A DNA stretch of 61,114 nucleotides from a bacterium (GTDB lineage: Bacteria > Desulfobacterota > DSWW01): NCBI GenBank assembly GCA_040756235.1, contig JBFLZG010000138.1, positions 1 through 61,114 on the forward strand. The letters run 5' to 3'. Made by a program: the position numbers and the translations under genes. Shown here one piece after another: positions 1 to 9,293 of this stretch. The notes under the pieces were generated by a model that saw only the letters and a list, made by a program, of their open reading frames with translations, made no database searches and had not been told where the DNA came from. The stretch's first letter is position 1; each line of letters opens with the position of its first letter.

Positions 1-288
1 CCGACGAGCGGTATGTCGGACAAGATGGACTTCCGGAACGTGGCCGCGCTCCGCGCCGGGGACGAAGTCAAGTTCGTCATCCAGGACCGGAACGACTATG
101 AGTGGGCCAAGGACGTTCTCCGAAAACACGCTCTCGAGCGCCGCCCGGGCAAGGTTCTGTTCAGCCCGGCTCATCCCTTTCTGCCGGCTCGGGAGCTGGC
201 CGCCTGGATCCTGGCCGACCGCCTGTCCGTGCGCATGCAAGTCCCCCTGCACCGGGTCCTCTGGCCGGAGGCCACCCGGGGCAAATGA
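1..288 (+). CDS. queE: 7-carboxy-7-deazaguanine synthase (radical SAM), 3' part, cut by window start
   Basis: C-terminal motifs DEVKFVI..R.DYEWA, VLFSP and RMQVPLHRVLW are typical of QueE. Confidence 0.85.
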   Translation, partial: PTSGMSDKMDFRNVAALRAGDEVKFVIQDRNDYEWAKDVLRKHALERRPGKVLFSPAHPFLPARELAAWILADRLSVRMQVPLHRVLWPEATRGK

Positions 289-421
289 ACCTCCGAGCCC
301 CTCGGAATTAAGTTTTTCCCCTTACTCTGCCGATAGAATACGGGTAAAAGGCGTCTGCTGTCGTTCCAGGACAGGACCGGCCCCGGAGCCGTCCTTTCTT
401 CTCGAAATACACCCGCCGCGA

Positions 422-506
422 GAGAGGGCGTCGAAAAACACCCTCTTGAAAGGCTGGTGAGCGATGGCCGGACAGCCTCCGCAGCTGGCCGTTTACCGAC
501 AGACTC
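422..506 (+). repeat. Repeat family copy 1 (left-flank hairpin plus internally deleted element)
   Basis: gagagggcgtcgaaaaacaccctct followed by aggctggtgagcgatggcc...gcagctggccgtttaccgacagactc, matching the ends of the copies at 10195 and 12900. Confidence 0.8.
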
Positions 507-519
507 AAGGGGAGAGGGC

Positions 520-966
520 ATGGTCGAGCCACAAGCCAACCAGGTGACCTCTTCTGTCTCTCTGCCCCGGAGAATCGCGGCCCTCAGCCTGCCGGAGAAG
601 ATCCGCCTCGCCCTGACCGGGGATCGGGAGAGCCGGGCGATCCTCTACCGGGAATCCAACAAACTGCTGCTCGGTTATCTCCTGCAGAACCCGAGAGTGA
701 CGGATCACGAAGTCCTGCAGATGGCCAAAGACAAGACCCTGCCCGAAGAGATTCTCCTGTCCCTATCGAAGCGGAAGGAATGGATCAAGCAGTACCCGGT
801 GCGCTTGGCCCTGGCCCAGAACCCGAAGCTGCCCCTGCCGAACGCCCTGAAGCTGCTTGCGACATTGCGCGATGCCGATCTTCGCAAGATTGCGCGCAGC
901 AAGGACGTCTCGGTGCATATCGCCGGGAGGGCCAGGAAATTGCTGGCCGTTCGGGGATTGCTCTAA
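520..966 (+). CDS. Hypothetical helical-repeat (LRV/HEAT-like) protein
   Basis: ATG at 520 after a GGAG-type RBS; repeated NP motifs (LLQNPRVT, LAQNPKLP) and KIRLALTG. Confidence 0.75.
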   Translation: MVEPQANQVTSSVSLPRRIAALSLPEKIRLALTGDRESRAILYRESNKLLLGYLLQNPRVTDHEVLQMAKDKTLPEEILLSLSKRKEWIKQYPVRLALAQNPKLPLPNALKLLATLRDADLRKIARSKDVSVHIAGRARKLLAVRGLL

Positions 967-993
967 ACCACCCTTATCCGAACGAGGGGGTCG

Positions 994-2229
994 ATGGCAC
1001 TTCTGAATCATGCCAAAAACGAGTTGAGTGCCAAGATCGTCTATTACGGTCCCGGCCTGTCCGGGAAGACGACCAATCTCGAATGGATACACAAGAAACT
1101 GGAGCCCGACAAGAGGGGCAAGCTGATCTCGCTGGAGACCAAGACCGATCGCACGCTCTTCTTCGATTTCCTCCCGGTGCAGATCGGCGAGATATCCGGG
1201 TACCGGCTGCGCTTCAACGTGTACACGGTGCCTGGCCAGATCTTCTACAACGAGACCCGGAAAATGGTGCTGAAAGGGGTCGACGGCGTCGTCTTCGTGG
1301 CAGACTCCCAGAAGGAAATGGCGAACGAGAACCTGGAGAACCTGAGGAATCTGACCGAGAACCTCAAGTCCATCGGAAAGTCGGTCTCCGAAGTCCCGCT
1401 CGTTCTTCAGTTCAACAAGAGGGACTTGCCGAACATTCTTTCCGTACAGGAGATGAACCGGCTGTTGAATCCGAAGACCCTCCCCTTCTTCGAGGCGGTC
1501 GCCATCCGCGGGGACGGAGTGCTGACGACCCTCACCCGCATCACCCGCATGGTCGCAGAACACCTGAAGCGCTCCCTGTTCGAACACCCGGAGCAGCGCC
1601 CGGCCCGGACCACTGCCCGCGCATCGCTTCCCCGGGAGAGCCAGGCCGTGCCCGCCCCCCGGCCTCGCGAAACCCGAACAGAACCGCGCTCGGAGGAAAT
1701 CCCCGCCTTTCTCCAGGACACGGCGGCCCTGACCGTGGCCTCGGATATGCCGGAACCGGGCCCGGGCACTGCGGGAATCCAAGAGATCCAGGAGCCGGTG
1801 ATGTTCCTGGATCCCGAGAATGAAAAGTCGCATCCGACTCCCCCGCCCAACGGGAGCGGACAGACGGTGACGCTTGCGGCGCAGGAGATGCCGGACATCG
1901 GGGATGCGATCGAACCCGCCGAGAGCCGATCGGAGGCGCCGAGGGCGCTGCGGGTCCTGCACGCGCCGACCGGCAAGCGCCCCGGCGATTCCCCACCGGC
2001 GCCGGCTCGGGAGGTCTCCATTGCCAACTGGGCGGACCCGTCCCAGATCGACCTGACGGTGCAGGCATCCCCCGCAGAGAAATCACTGCCGGCCAGTGCA
2101 ATCCAGGTCGGCGCGCCCGAGAGGGAGGATCAGAACGGCATCCGGATTCCGGTCCGGATCCGCCTGCCCGAATCGGGCGACAAGATCGATTTCCAGATCG
2201 TCTTCCGGGTAGAGCCCAGGGGCTCCTGA
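994..2229 (+). CDS. mglA: MglA-family small GTPase with long Pro/Ala-rich C-terminal extension
   Basis: KIVYYGPGLSGKTTNL, DRTLFFDFLP, YTVPGQ and QFNKRDL motifs. Confidence 0.9.
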   Translation: MALLNHAKNELSAKIVYYGPGLSGKTTNLEWIHKKLEPDKRGKLISLETKTDRTLFFDFLPVQIGEISGYRLRFNVYTVPGQIFYNETRKMVLKGVDGVVFVADSQKEMANENLENLRNLTENLKSIGKSVSEVPLVLQFNKRDLPNILSVQEMNRLLNPKTLPFFEAVAIRGDGVLTTLTRITRMVAEHLKRSLFEHPEQRPARTTARASLPRESQAVPAPRPRETRTEPRSEEIPAFLQDTAALTVASDMPEPGPGTAGIQEIQEPVMFLDPENEKSHPTPPPNGSGQTVTLAAQEMPDIGDAIEPAESRSEAPRALRVLHAPTGKRPGDSPPAPAREVSIANWADPSQIDLTVQASPAEKSLPASAIQVGAPEREDQNGIRIPVRIRLPESGDKIDFQIVFRVEPRGS

Positions 2230-2241
2230 GAAGAGAGCTTC

Positions 2242-2267
2242 CAGTCATCAGTTATCAGCTGTCAGTC
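2242..2267. repeat. Short heptamer tandem repeat
   Basis: cagtcat-cagttat-cagctgt-cagtc; a similar run lies at 40267. Confidence 0.6.
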
Positions 2268-2352
2268 CCGGCATTCCCCCCTGACCCTGCGAGGGCGACC
2301 ACGCACGCGCCCTTGCAAGGGCGCCGCTCGCTGTGCCTCCTTCCAGGCTCCT

Positions 2353-2517
2353 GGAGGCTGTTCAGAAATGTCCAGATGCAAGGCACGCGAAATCCCGAGG
2401 AGTGAGGCGTACATGAAGTGCGCCGCAACGACCCCGGCCTTCGCCGGGGCAGGCTCCCCCGCCTCCATGCCGCGCCATGAGCGCAACGCAGCAGATGGGC
2501 GTTTATGGACAGCCTCC
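2353..2517 (+). repeat. Repeat family copy 2 (full-length, MITE-like or structured element)
   Basis: Inverted ends ggaggctgttcagaaatgtcc / gggcgtttatggacagcctcc; internal hairpin ccccggccttcgccgggg. Confidence 0.9.
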
Positions 2518-3176
2518 TAGGCGACCAGAAGCACGGTGAAGTTGCACAGCCCGTGGACAAGGGTGGGAGCCACGATGCTGCCCGTGCGTTCCCGCAGCCA
2601 GCCGAACAGAAGGCCGGGGAAGAAGGTGGCGAGCCTCTCCAGGCGATGGGCAATGAGAAAGTGCCCGAGGGCGAACAGAAGCGCCGTGTACAGCCAGCCG
2701 ACTCCCACCGAAGCAGCCAGGAGCCGAACCCGCCCCGGCAGAGCCGTGTTCAGGCGCGACTGCATGTACCCGCGGTAGAAAACCTCTTCCGGGAGGGCCA
2801 CGCCGACCAGGTGATAGATCAGCAGCAGTGACCAGCCGGCCGGCAGGACGATCCGCGCCGGAGCGTGAAAACAGAACTTCCGGCACAGGACATACAGGAG
2901 CAGGAAGGCGGGGAGCACAACGGCCGATACGGCCAGGGCAGTCCTCAGCGAGGCGCCGGACCCCCTCAGGGTGATCCCATAGTCCCTGGGCTCCCTGCGG
3001 GAGATCTGAAGAAGAGCGAGGGGGACGTACAGGAACAGGCACGCCGCTCCGATAGCCACGACGTCATGCCGAGCGATCCAGCCGACGCCGCGGAAGCTGT
3101 CCAGAATCTTGCACGCCCCGATCACGCCCAGGAATACGAGGGTCACCTCCAGAACGGCCCGAACGGATCTCCGCAA
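2517..3176 (-). CDS. CPBP (Rce1/Abi) intramembrane glutamic protease, myxosortase-like
   Basis: EEVFYRG, LFALGH and FFPGLLFGWLRERTGS...HGLCN motifs; several TM segments. Confidence 0.85.
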   Translation of the reverse strand: MRRSVRAVLEVTLVFLGVIGACKILDSFRGVGWIARHDVVAIGAACLFLYVPLALLQISRREPRDYGITLRGSGASLRTALAVSAVVLPAFLLLYVLCRKFCFHAPARIVLPAGWSLLLIYHLVGVALPEEVFYRGYMQSRLNTALPGRVRLLAASVGVGWLYTALLFALGHFLIAHRLERLATFFPGLLFGWLRERTGSIVAPTLVHGLCNFTVLLVA

Positions 3177-3179
3177 CGA

Positions 3180-4475
3180 TCAGACTCCCTTTCCGGTGAC
3201 CCGCTCGAAGCAGGCCAGGACCGATTCGAACTCCATCTCCCACGAGCATCCGGGAGCGAACGTGGAGTCTCCGACCAGGTAGAGCCCTTCCACTTGAGGC
3301 ACCAGGTACCCGGGCCTGTCCTTGCGGGTCTGGTCGACCCGAATGGCCACGCTGTCCAGCATTCTCACCAGGTGAGAACGTTTCCACTCGACGGCGGTTT
3401 CCATCACGGGAAAGGCCTTGCGCAGACCGGCCTCGACCTTGCTCTCCAGTTCCTGGAGGAGTCCGGGCTGGCGGGATTCCTCCTGCGAGACCGGGCACAC
3501 GAACGAAGCGAGCTGCCGCCCCATGGGGGCATGGCGGTGGCACAGGTTCGACAGGAATGCACCGTAGGCCGGAGGCTCCAGCAGGAACCAAAGGCCCTTC
3601 GTGCTCGTGACGCGCCGGCTCAGGGCCAGGTCGATGATCAAGCCTGCGGAAGGCTTGGCCTGCGAGCACAGCCTCACGTACTCGGGAGTCGTGACCGCCG
3701 GCGAGAGCATCCGGAACAGGTGCTGACAGGGGGTCGCACAGACGACGCGGCCGGACCTGATTTGCTGGCCCTGGGCCCGCACACCCACGACCTTTCCCGC
3801 TTCTACGTCGATGCCGTCCACCCGGGTCCTCAACCGGATCTCACCGCGGCTGCGGATCTCCTGCTGAAATCTCTCGAGCACCGGCAGCCATCCCCATCGG
3901 GGATAGGCCAGGTAGGCCCCTGCCTGAAAAGCCTTCTGGAAGGTGCGGAGCGTCTCTCCTGCGGAGATCCGGTCCAGGGTCGTGCAATGGGTCGACTCAC
4001 AGGCGAGGAGCTGAAAGTACTTCTGGAGGCTCACCCGAATCTTGTTCCGCACGAACCATTCTTCGAGGCTGATCTCTTCCAGCTCCTCCAGCCTCTCGGT
4101 CTTGAGATTGCGAAGCACTCTCCACGCGAAGACACGGTCCAGACTGGAAAGGAACTCCGCCCACAAGAGCCCCGGCTTGCCGACGCTGATGCGCTGAACC
4201 TTCCCGTTGGCGTCGATGACCCAGCCGCGATTCAGATGCAGCACGGGAGGCTGCCAGCCCAGGAAGCGGCAGATGCGCAGAAAGGGCCCCTTTTCGGCGT
4301 ATCGAATCCTGGGAATTCCGTGGAGTGAGGTATATCCCTCCCGGTGCCAGGGCGCGGCGCGGCCTCCGGGCACACCTTTGCGCTCCAGGACCAGGACCTT
4401 CCTTCCCGACCTGGCGAGCATGGCTCCCAGGGCCAGTCCGGGCAAACTGGCTCCGATGATCGTGCAGTCAACCAC
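3180..4475 (-). CDS. FAD-dependent oxidoreductase, phytoene-dehydrogenase-like
   Basis: N-terminal Rossmann IIGASLPGL...VLER...GGR and C-terminal GLYLVGD; GTG start inferred. Confidence 0.75.
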   Translation of the reverse strand: MVDCTIIGASLPGLALGAMLARSGRKVLVLERKGVPGGRAAPWHREGYTSLHGIPRIRYAEKGPFLRICRFLGWQPPVLHLNRGWVIDANGKVQRISVGKPGLLWAEFLSSLDRVFAWRVLRNLKTERLEELEEISLEEWFVRNKIRVSLQKYFQLLACESTHCTTLDRISAGETLRTFQKAFQAGAYLAYPRWGWLPVLERFQQEIRSRGEIRLRTRVDGIDVEAGKVVGVRAQGQQIRSGRVVCATPCQHLFRMLSPAVTTPEYVRLCSQAKPSAGLIIDLALSRRVTSTKGLWFLLEPPAYGAFLSNLCHRHAPMGRQLASFVCPVSQEESRQPGLLQELESKVEAGLRKAFPVMETAVEWKRSHLVRMLDSVAIRVDQTRKDRPGYLVPQVEGLYLVGDSTFAPGCSWEMEFESVLACFERVTGKGV

Positions 4476-4489
4476 GGCAGGTGATCCCG

Positions 4490-5806
4490 TCAGAAAGGGT
4501 TCAGGGCGTCCTCGATCCGGATCGAAAGGCTCTTGCCGAGCACCTCCTGCATTCCGTTGATCTTGCTCAGGGCCTGCTGCAGGCTCCGCTCCCGCGCCTC
4601 GTGGGTGAGCATGATGATGTGGACGGGCCCCGAACCGCTCCTTCCGTGCTGAATCACCGAGTGGAGGGAAATGCCGTTGTCCCCCAGGACGCCGGCGATC
4701 TTGGAGAGCACTCCGGGCCGGTCCTCGACGGGGAATCGGATGTAGTACTTCGTGCAAAGGTCCTCCATCTTCTTCACCGCCGCTTCCTGAAGGAAGTCGC
4801 CGTAGAAGCCGAGCGGAGGCATGCGCCTGCGGATGCCGAGTCGGAGGTTGCGGCTGATCTCGATGAGATCGCTGGCCACGGCGCTTGCGGTCGGCATCAT
4901 GCCGGCCCCTTGCCCGTAGAACATGACCGGCCCCGTGGCCTCCCCCATCACGTAGATGGCGTTGTACGCCTCTCCCACGGAAGCCAGCGGGTGGCGGGCC
5001 GAAATCATGGTGGGATGAACGCGCACCTCCAGGGTCCCCTGCTGCCTCTTGGACAGGGCGAGCAGCTTGATCCTGTACCCGAGCTCGCCGGCATGGGCAA
5101 TGTCCATATCGGTGATTTCCCGGATCCCCTCGGTGAAGATCTCCCCCGGGCGCACCGACATGCCGTAGGCCAGGCCGACCAGAACCGACAGCTTGTGCGC
5201 CGTGTCGTGCCCGTCGATGTCCAGGCTGGGGTCGGCTTCCGCGTACCCGAGCTCTTGCGCCTGCTTCAGGGCTTCCGAGAAACCCCGGCCCTGTTCCGTC
5301 ATGGTCGAAAGGACATAGTTGGAGGTCCCATTGATGATTCCGCTGATGGAGCGGATCCGGTCTCCGGCAAGCCCTTCCTTGATGCACCGCACGATCGGAA
5401 TGCCGCCGGCCACGGAAGCCTCGAAGCCGATGTCCACGCCCGCTTCGACGGCAGCCTGGAACAGCTCGGGCCCCTTGGCAGCCAGCAGGGCCTTGTTGGC
5501 GGTCACCACGTCCTTGTTTGCGGACATCGCGTCGAGCAGGATCGTACTGGCCGGCTCGATGCCCCCCACCAGCTCGATCACGATGCGGATCTCGGGATCC
5601 CCGAGGATGTCCCCGATGTCGTGCGTGAGGGTGATGCCCTCGACAGGAACGCCCCTGTCCCGCTCCAGATCGATATCGACGATGGTCTTCAGCCGGATGG
5701 GAACGCCGGCGCGCCGCGCCAGCCACGCGGCGTTCTCCGTGAGGATGCGGACCACACCCGTGCCGATGGTCCCGAATCCGATGAGACCTACCTTGACCGA
5801 GTCCAC
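4490..5806 (-). CDS. hom: Homoserine dehydrogenase with C-terminal ACT domain
   Basis: GLIGFGTIG, VVTANK, FEASVAGGIP, NGTSNY and GYAEADP motifs; GTG start after GAGGAGG. Confidence 0.95.
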   Translation of the reverse strand: MDSVKVGLIGFGTIGTGVVRILTENAAWLARRAGVPIRLKTIVDIDLERDRGVPVEGITLTHDIGDILGDPEIRIVIELVGGIEPASTILLDAMSANKDVVTANKALLAAKGPELFQAAVEAGVDIGFEASVAGGIPIVRCIKEGLAGDRIRSISGIINGTSNYVLSTMTEQGRGFSEALKQAQELGYAEADPSLDIDGHDTAHKLSVLVGLAYGMSVRPGEIFTEGIREITDMDIAHAGELGYRIKLLALSKRQQGTLEVRVHPTMISARHPLASVGEAYNAIYVMGEATGPVMFYGQGAGMMPTASAVASDLIEISRNLRLGIRRRMPPLGFYGDFLQEAAVKKMEDLCTKYYIRFPVEDRPGVLSKIAGVLGDNGISLHSVIQHGRSGSGPVHIIMLTHEARERSLQQALSKINGMQEVLGKSLSIRIEDALNPF

Positions 5807-5821
5807 AATGTCCTCCTCGAC

Positions 5822-5858
5822 AGGCTGTCGATAAACGGCCATCTGCGGCGTTCGGCTC
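5822..5858 (-). repeat. Repeat family copy 3 (one end only, reversed)
   Basis: aggctgtcgataaacggccatctgcggcgtt is the reverse complement of the element's right end. Confidence 0.85.
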
Positions 5859-5889
5859 GCGCCTGAGTCAAGATGAATGGGAGGTCAGC

Positions 5890-7206
5890 TCAGGGCAAGA
5901 GGGGTCCATCTCTTCCCAGCACTCTCTCCCTTTCACCTTTCGACTTCTCCGCGGCGAGGACGTGGCGGATTCCCCGGACGGCCTGCTGCGTCCGTTGCTC
6001 GTTCTCGACCAGGGCGAACCGCACGTACCCCTCGCCGTACTGGCCGAAGCCGATCCCCGGAGCGACGGCGACCTTGGCCTGCCGGAGAAGCAGCTTGCAG
6101 AACTCCAGAGATCCCATGGCCCGGAACGGCTCGGGTATCCTGGCCCACACGAACATGGTCCCCTTGGGTTTCTCGATCGCCCAGCCCGCGCGGCACAAGC
6201 CCTCGACCAGCACGTCTCTTCTGTTCCGGTAGAGCTCGCAGATCTCCTTCACGCACTCCTGGGGCCCGTTCAGGCCGATGATGGCCGCGATCTGCACGGG
6301 CTGGAAAATCCCGTAATCGAAATAGCTCTTCAGGCGTGCCAGAGCGGCGATCATGCGGCTGTTCCCCACCACGAAGCCGATTCTCCATCCCGGCATGTTG
6401 TAGCTCTTCGACATGGAGAACAGCTCGACCCCGATGTCCCGGGCCCCGGGAACCTCGAAGAGACTGGGGGGCCTGTACCCGTCGAAGCAGAGGTCCGCGT
6501 AGGCAAAATCATGCACCACCAGGATCTGGTGCTCCTGCGCGAAAGAGACGACGCGCTCGAAAAAAGGCTTGTCGACCACGCGGGTGGTGGGGTTGTGGGG
6601 GAAGCTCAGGATCATCATGCGCGGCCTGGGCCAGGTGTCCCGAGCCGCTTTGGCGAGATCCTCGAAGAAATCCCGTTCCGGCGAGATCGGGACGCTGCGC
6701 ACGTCGCCTCCGGCGATCACCACGGAGTACATGTGAATCGGGTAAGTCGGATCCGGCACGAGCACGACGTCGCCGGGCCCGAGCGTCGCCAGGGCGAGGT
6801 GCGCCAGCCCCTCCTTGGCTCCGATGGTGACGATCGCCTCGGTGTCCGGGTCGAGCTCCACTCCGTAGCGCCTCCGGTACCAGTCCACGATGGCGACCCG
6901 GAGCTTGTAGATGCCTCTCGAGACGGAGTACCGATGATTCCTGGGGTTGAGAATCGACTCCGAGAGCTTGCCGAGGATGTGCTCCGGCGTGGCCTGGTCC
7001 GGGTTCCCCATGCCCAGATCGATGATATCCTCCCCTGCCCTCCTGGCCTCCATCTTCATGGTATCGACCACCCGGAACACATAGGGTGGGAGCCTCTTCA
7101 TCCTCGGGAAATCGAACGGCAAGGGCCGCTCGGGATCCAACGACTTCTCTTTGCCTTGCACGTCTTTATCCTCCACGTTTGCCGGCGCGTCGGCCGGCAC
7201 GGCCAT
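5890..7206 (-). CDS. alaC: Class I/II PLP aminotransferase, AlaC-like (start uncertain)
   Basis: [24 protein letters not shown] and [12 protein letters not shown]; adjacent to hom. Confidence 0.8.
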   Translation of the reverse strand: MAVPADAPANVEDKDVQGKEKSLDPERPLPFDFPRMKRLPPYVFRVVDTMKMEARRAGEDIIDLGMGNPDQATPEHILGKLSESILNPRNHRYSVSRGIYKLRVAIVDWYRRRYGVELDPDTEAIVTIGAKEGLAHLALATLGPGDVVLVPDPTYPIHMYSVVIAGGDVRSVPISPERDFFEDLAKAARDTWPRPRMMILSFPHNPTTRVVDKPFFERVVSFAQEHQILVVHDFAYADLCFDGYRPPSLFEVPGARDIGVELFSMSKSYNMPGWRIGFVVGNSRMIAALARLKSYFDYGIFQPVQIAAIIGLNGPQECVKEICELYRNRRDVLVEGLCRAGWAIEKPKGTMFVWARIPEPFRAMGSLEFCKLLLRQAKVAVAPGIGFGQYGEGYVRFALVENEQRTQQAVRGIRHVLAAEKSKGERERVLGRDGPLLP

Positions 7207-7768
7207 AGCAGGACACGAAGTTCTGGAGCAACTGCTTCCCGGGACGGGTCAGGATGGACTCCGGATGGAACTGGACCCCTTCCACGGCAAGACGTCTGTG
7301 CCGCACCGCCATGATCTCGCCGTCCTCGGCGCTGGCGGTCACGGCGAGACATTCGGGCAGCCCCGCACGGGCGATCGCAAGAGAGTGATAGCGCGTGGCC
7401 GGGAAAGGGCTCTCCAGCCCCCTGAACATCCTCTTGCCGTCGTGCCGGACCGCCGAGACCTTCCCGTGCATGAGACGCCTGGCCTGCACGATCCTGGCTC
7501 CGAAGGCGGCGCCGATCGCCTGGTGTCCGAGGCAGACGCCCAGGATCGGAACGAGCCCGCTGAAGCGCCGGATGGCCTCGACGGAGATGCCGGCATCTTC
7601 GGGCCTGCCCGGGCCCGGCGAGATGACGAGAAATTCCGGGTTGCGCTTTTCGATTTCGGCCACCCGGATCGCATCGTTGCGGACCACGGTCACGCGCTGT
7701 CCCAGCTCCTGGAAATACTGGACCAGGTTGAAGGTGAACGAATCGTAATTGTCAATCACCAGCATCAT
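7166..7768 (-). CDS. trpG: Anthranilate/aminodeoxychorismate synthase component II
   Basis: [25 protein letters not shown] and QFHPES motifs. Confidence 0.9.
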   Translation of the reverse strand: MMLVIDNYDSFTFNLVQYFQELGQRVTVVRNDAIRVAEIEKRNPEFLVISPGPGRPEDAGISVEAIRRFSGLVPILGVCLGHQAIGAAFGARIVQARRLMHGKVSAVRHDGKRMFRGLESPFPATRYHSLAIARAGLPECLAVTASAEDGEIMAVRHRRLAVEGVQFHPESILTRPGKQLLQNFVSCYGRAGRRAGKRGG

Positions 7769-9293
7769 AGACGACCCCGTCCTCCCCGGCCGACTGCGGC
7801 ACAAGCCCGTGCCGAGCCATTTGGATCGCCTTCACCAAGGCCCGGGCCTTGTTCAAGCACTCCTGGTACTCCCTCTCAGGTCTGGAGTCGGCCACGATGC
7901 CGGCCCCGACCTGGAAGTGAAGGGTCTCGGGCATGGCCAGAATGGTGCGAATGGCGATCGCCATGTCCATGTTGCCCGAGAACCCGAAGTAGCCGACCGC
8001 CCCTCCATACGGCCCTCTCCGATCCGGTTCCAGGGTCTCGACGATTTCCATGGCACGGATCTTGGGGGCACCGGTGAGCGTACCCGCGGGGAAGCAGGCC
8101 CGAAAGGCGTCGAAACAGTCCTTCCCCCCGGTCAGGCGCCCCTTCACGTGAGAGACCAGGTGCATGACGTGGGAGTAGCGTTCTACGGTCATGAACTCCG
8201 CCACCTCCACCGTACCCGGAGCGGAGACCCGGCCGACATCGTTTCGGCCCAAATCCACGAGCATGATGTGCTCGGCGATCTCTTTGACGCTTCTCCTGAG
8301 GTCTTCTTCCAGTCGTCGGTCCGAGCGCAGATCCGCGCCGCGCGGCCTCGTCCCGGCGATGGGACGCACCTCCACTTGCCGATCTTCGACCCGAACCAGC
8401 ACCTCCGGGGAAGACCCGACCAGCGCATAATCCGGAAACTGGAGAAGAAACATGTACGGCGACGGATTCACGGTGCGCAGGGCCCGGTACAGGCACCATG
8501 GGTCCAGAGCCTCCTCGACCTGCAGTCGTTGGGCAAGCACGACCTGGATGACGTCGCCTGCCCGCACGTGCCGTTTGGCTCGCCGGACCGCCTCCAAGTA
8601 CCCTTGCCGGCTCATGTTGGAGGAGATCCGCAAAGTGCCGGGCTCTCTGGGGGCACCCCTGCGCGCCGATTCGTTCCCCGCGGAACGCAGTCGCCGGATG
8701 GTGCGTTCGATCCTGCCCAGCGTGCTCTGATAAGCGGCCCGCACGCTGGGAAACTCGGACAGGAAACAGCAGGACAGGACGCGGATCGTGTGCCGCACGT
8801 TGTCGAAGACCAGCAGGCTCTCGCTCAAAACCAGATAGATGTCCCACACATCGAGGCTTTGCCTCGCCCGCTCGGGCAAGCGCTCGAAGAACCGGATCGC
8901 GTCATACCCGATGTATCCTACCGCACCCCCGTAGAAGCGCGGCATGTCCGGGACGGGAACGGGACGGTAACGCTTCATGTGGTCGCGAAAACGACGAAAA
9001 GGATCGCCGACCTCCCCCCGAAACACTCTCTTGTTCTTGTCGAAGATCTCCACATAGGGTCCCCTGCTTCGAAAGATCGAGGAAACCCCGGTCCCGAGAA
9101 AGCTGTACCGCGCCCACCGCTCCCCGCCTTCCACGCTTTCCAGCAGGAAAGCGTGCTGCCCCTGGCGCATCTTCTGGTAAGCAGAGACCGGCGTGTCCTG
9201 GTCGGCCAGGATCTCGCAGGATACAGGGATGAGATTGCCTCTTGCGGCGAGCTTCTCGAAGTCGGACAGGGAAGGTCTTACCGAGGCGATCAC
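7752..9293 (-). CDS. trpE: Anthranilate synthase component I
   Basis: FLLESVEGGE, NPSPYM, PIAGTRPRG, EHIMLVDLGRND and GTLTGAPK; GTG start inferred. Confidence 0.9.
   Translation of the reverse strand: MIASVRPSLSDFEKLAARGNLIPVSCEILADQDTPVSAYQKMRQGQHAFLLESVEGGERWARYSFLGTGVSSIFRSRGPYVEIFDKNKRVFRGEVGDPFRRFRDHMKRYRPVPVPDMPRFYGGAVGYIGYDAIRFFERLPERARQSLDVWDIYLVLSESLLVFDNVRHTIRVLSCCFLSEFPSVRAAYQSTLGRIERTIRRLRSAGNESARRGAPREPGTLRISSNMSRQGYLEAVRRAKRHVRAGDVIQVVLAQRLQVEEALDPWCLYRALRTVNPSPYMFLLQFPDYALVGSSPEVLVRVEDRQVEVRPIAGTRPRGADLRSDRRLEEDLRRSVKEIAEHIMLVDLGRNDVGRVSAPGTVEVAEFMTVERYSHVMHLVSHVKGRLTGGKDCFDAFRACFPAGTLTGAPKIRAMEIVETLEPDRRGPYGGAVGYFGFSGNMDMAIAIRTILAMPETLHFQVGAGIVADSRPEREYQECLNKARALVKAIQMARHGLVPQSAGEDGVVYDAGD

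Noticed and set aside
4476..5726. Apparent long N-terminal extension of the FAD oxidoreductase (similar cases for engB, trpE, lgt, purM)
   Set aside because: Open frames running through upstream genes or intergenic DNA; better starts lie next to the first conserved motif.
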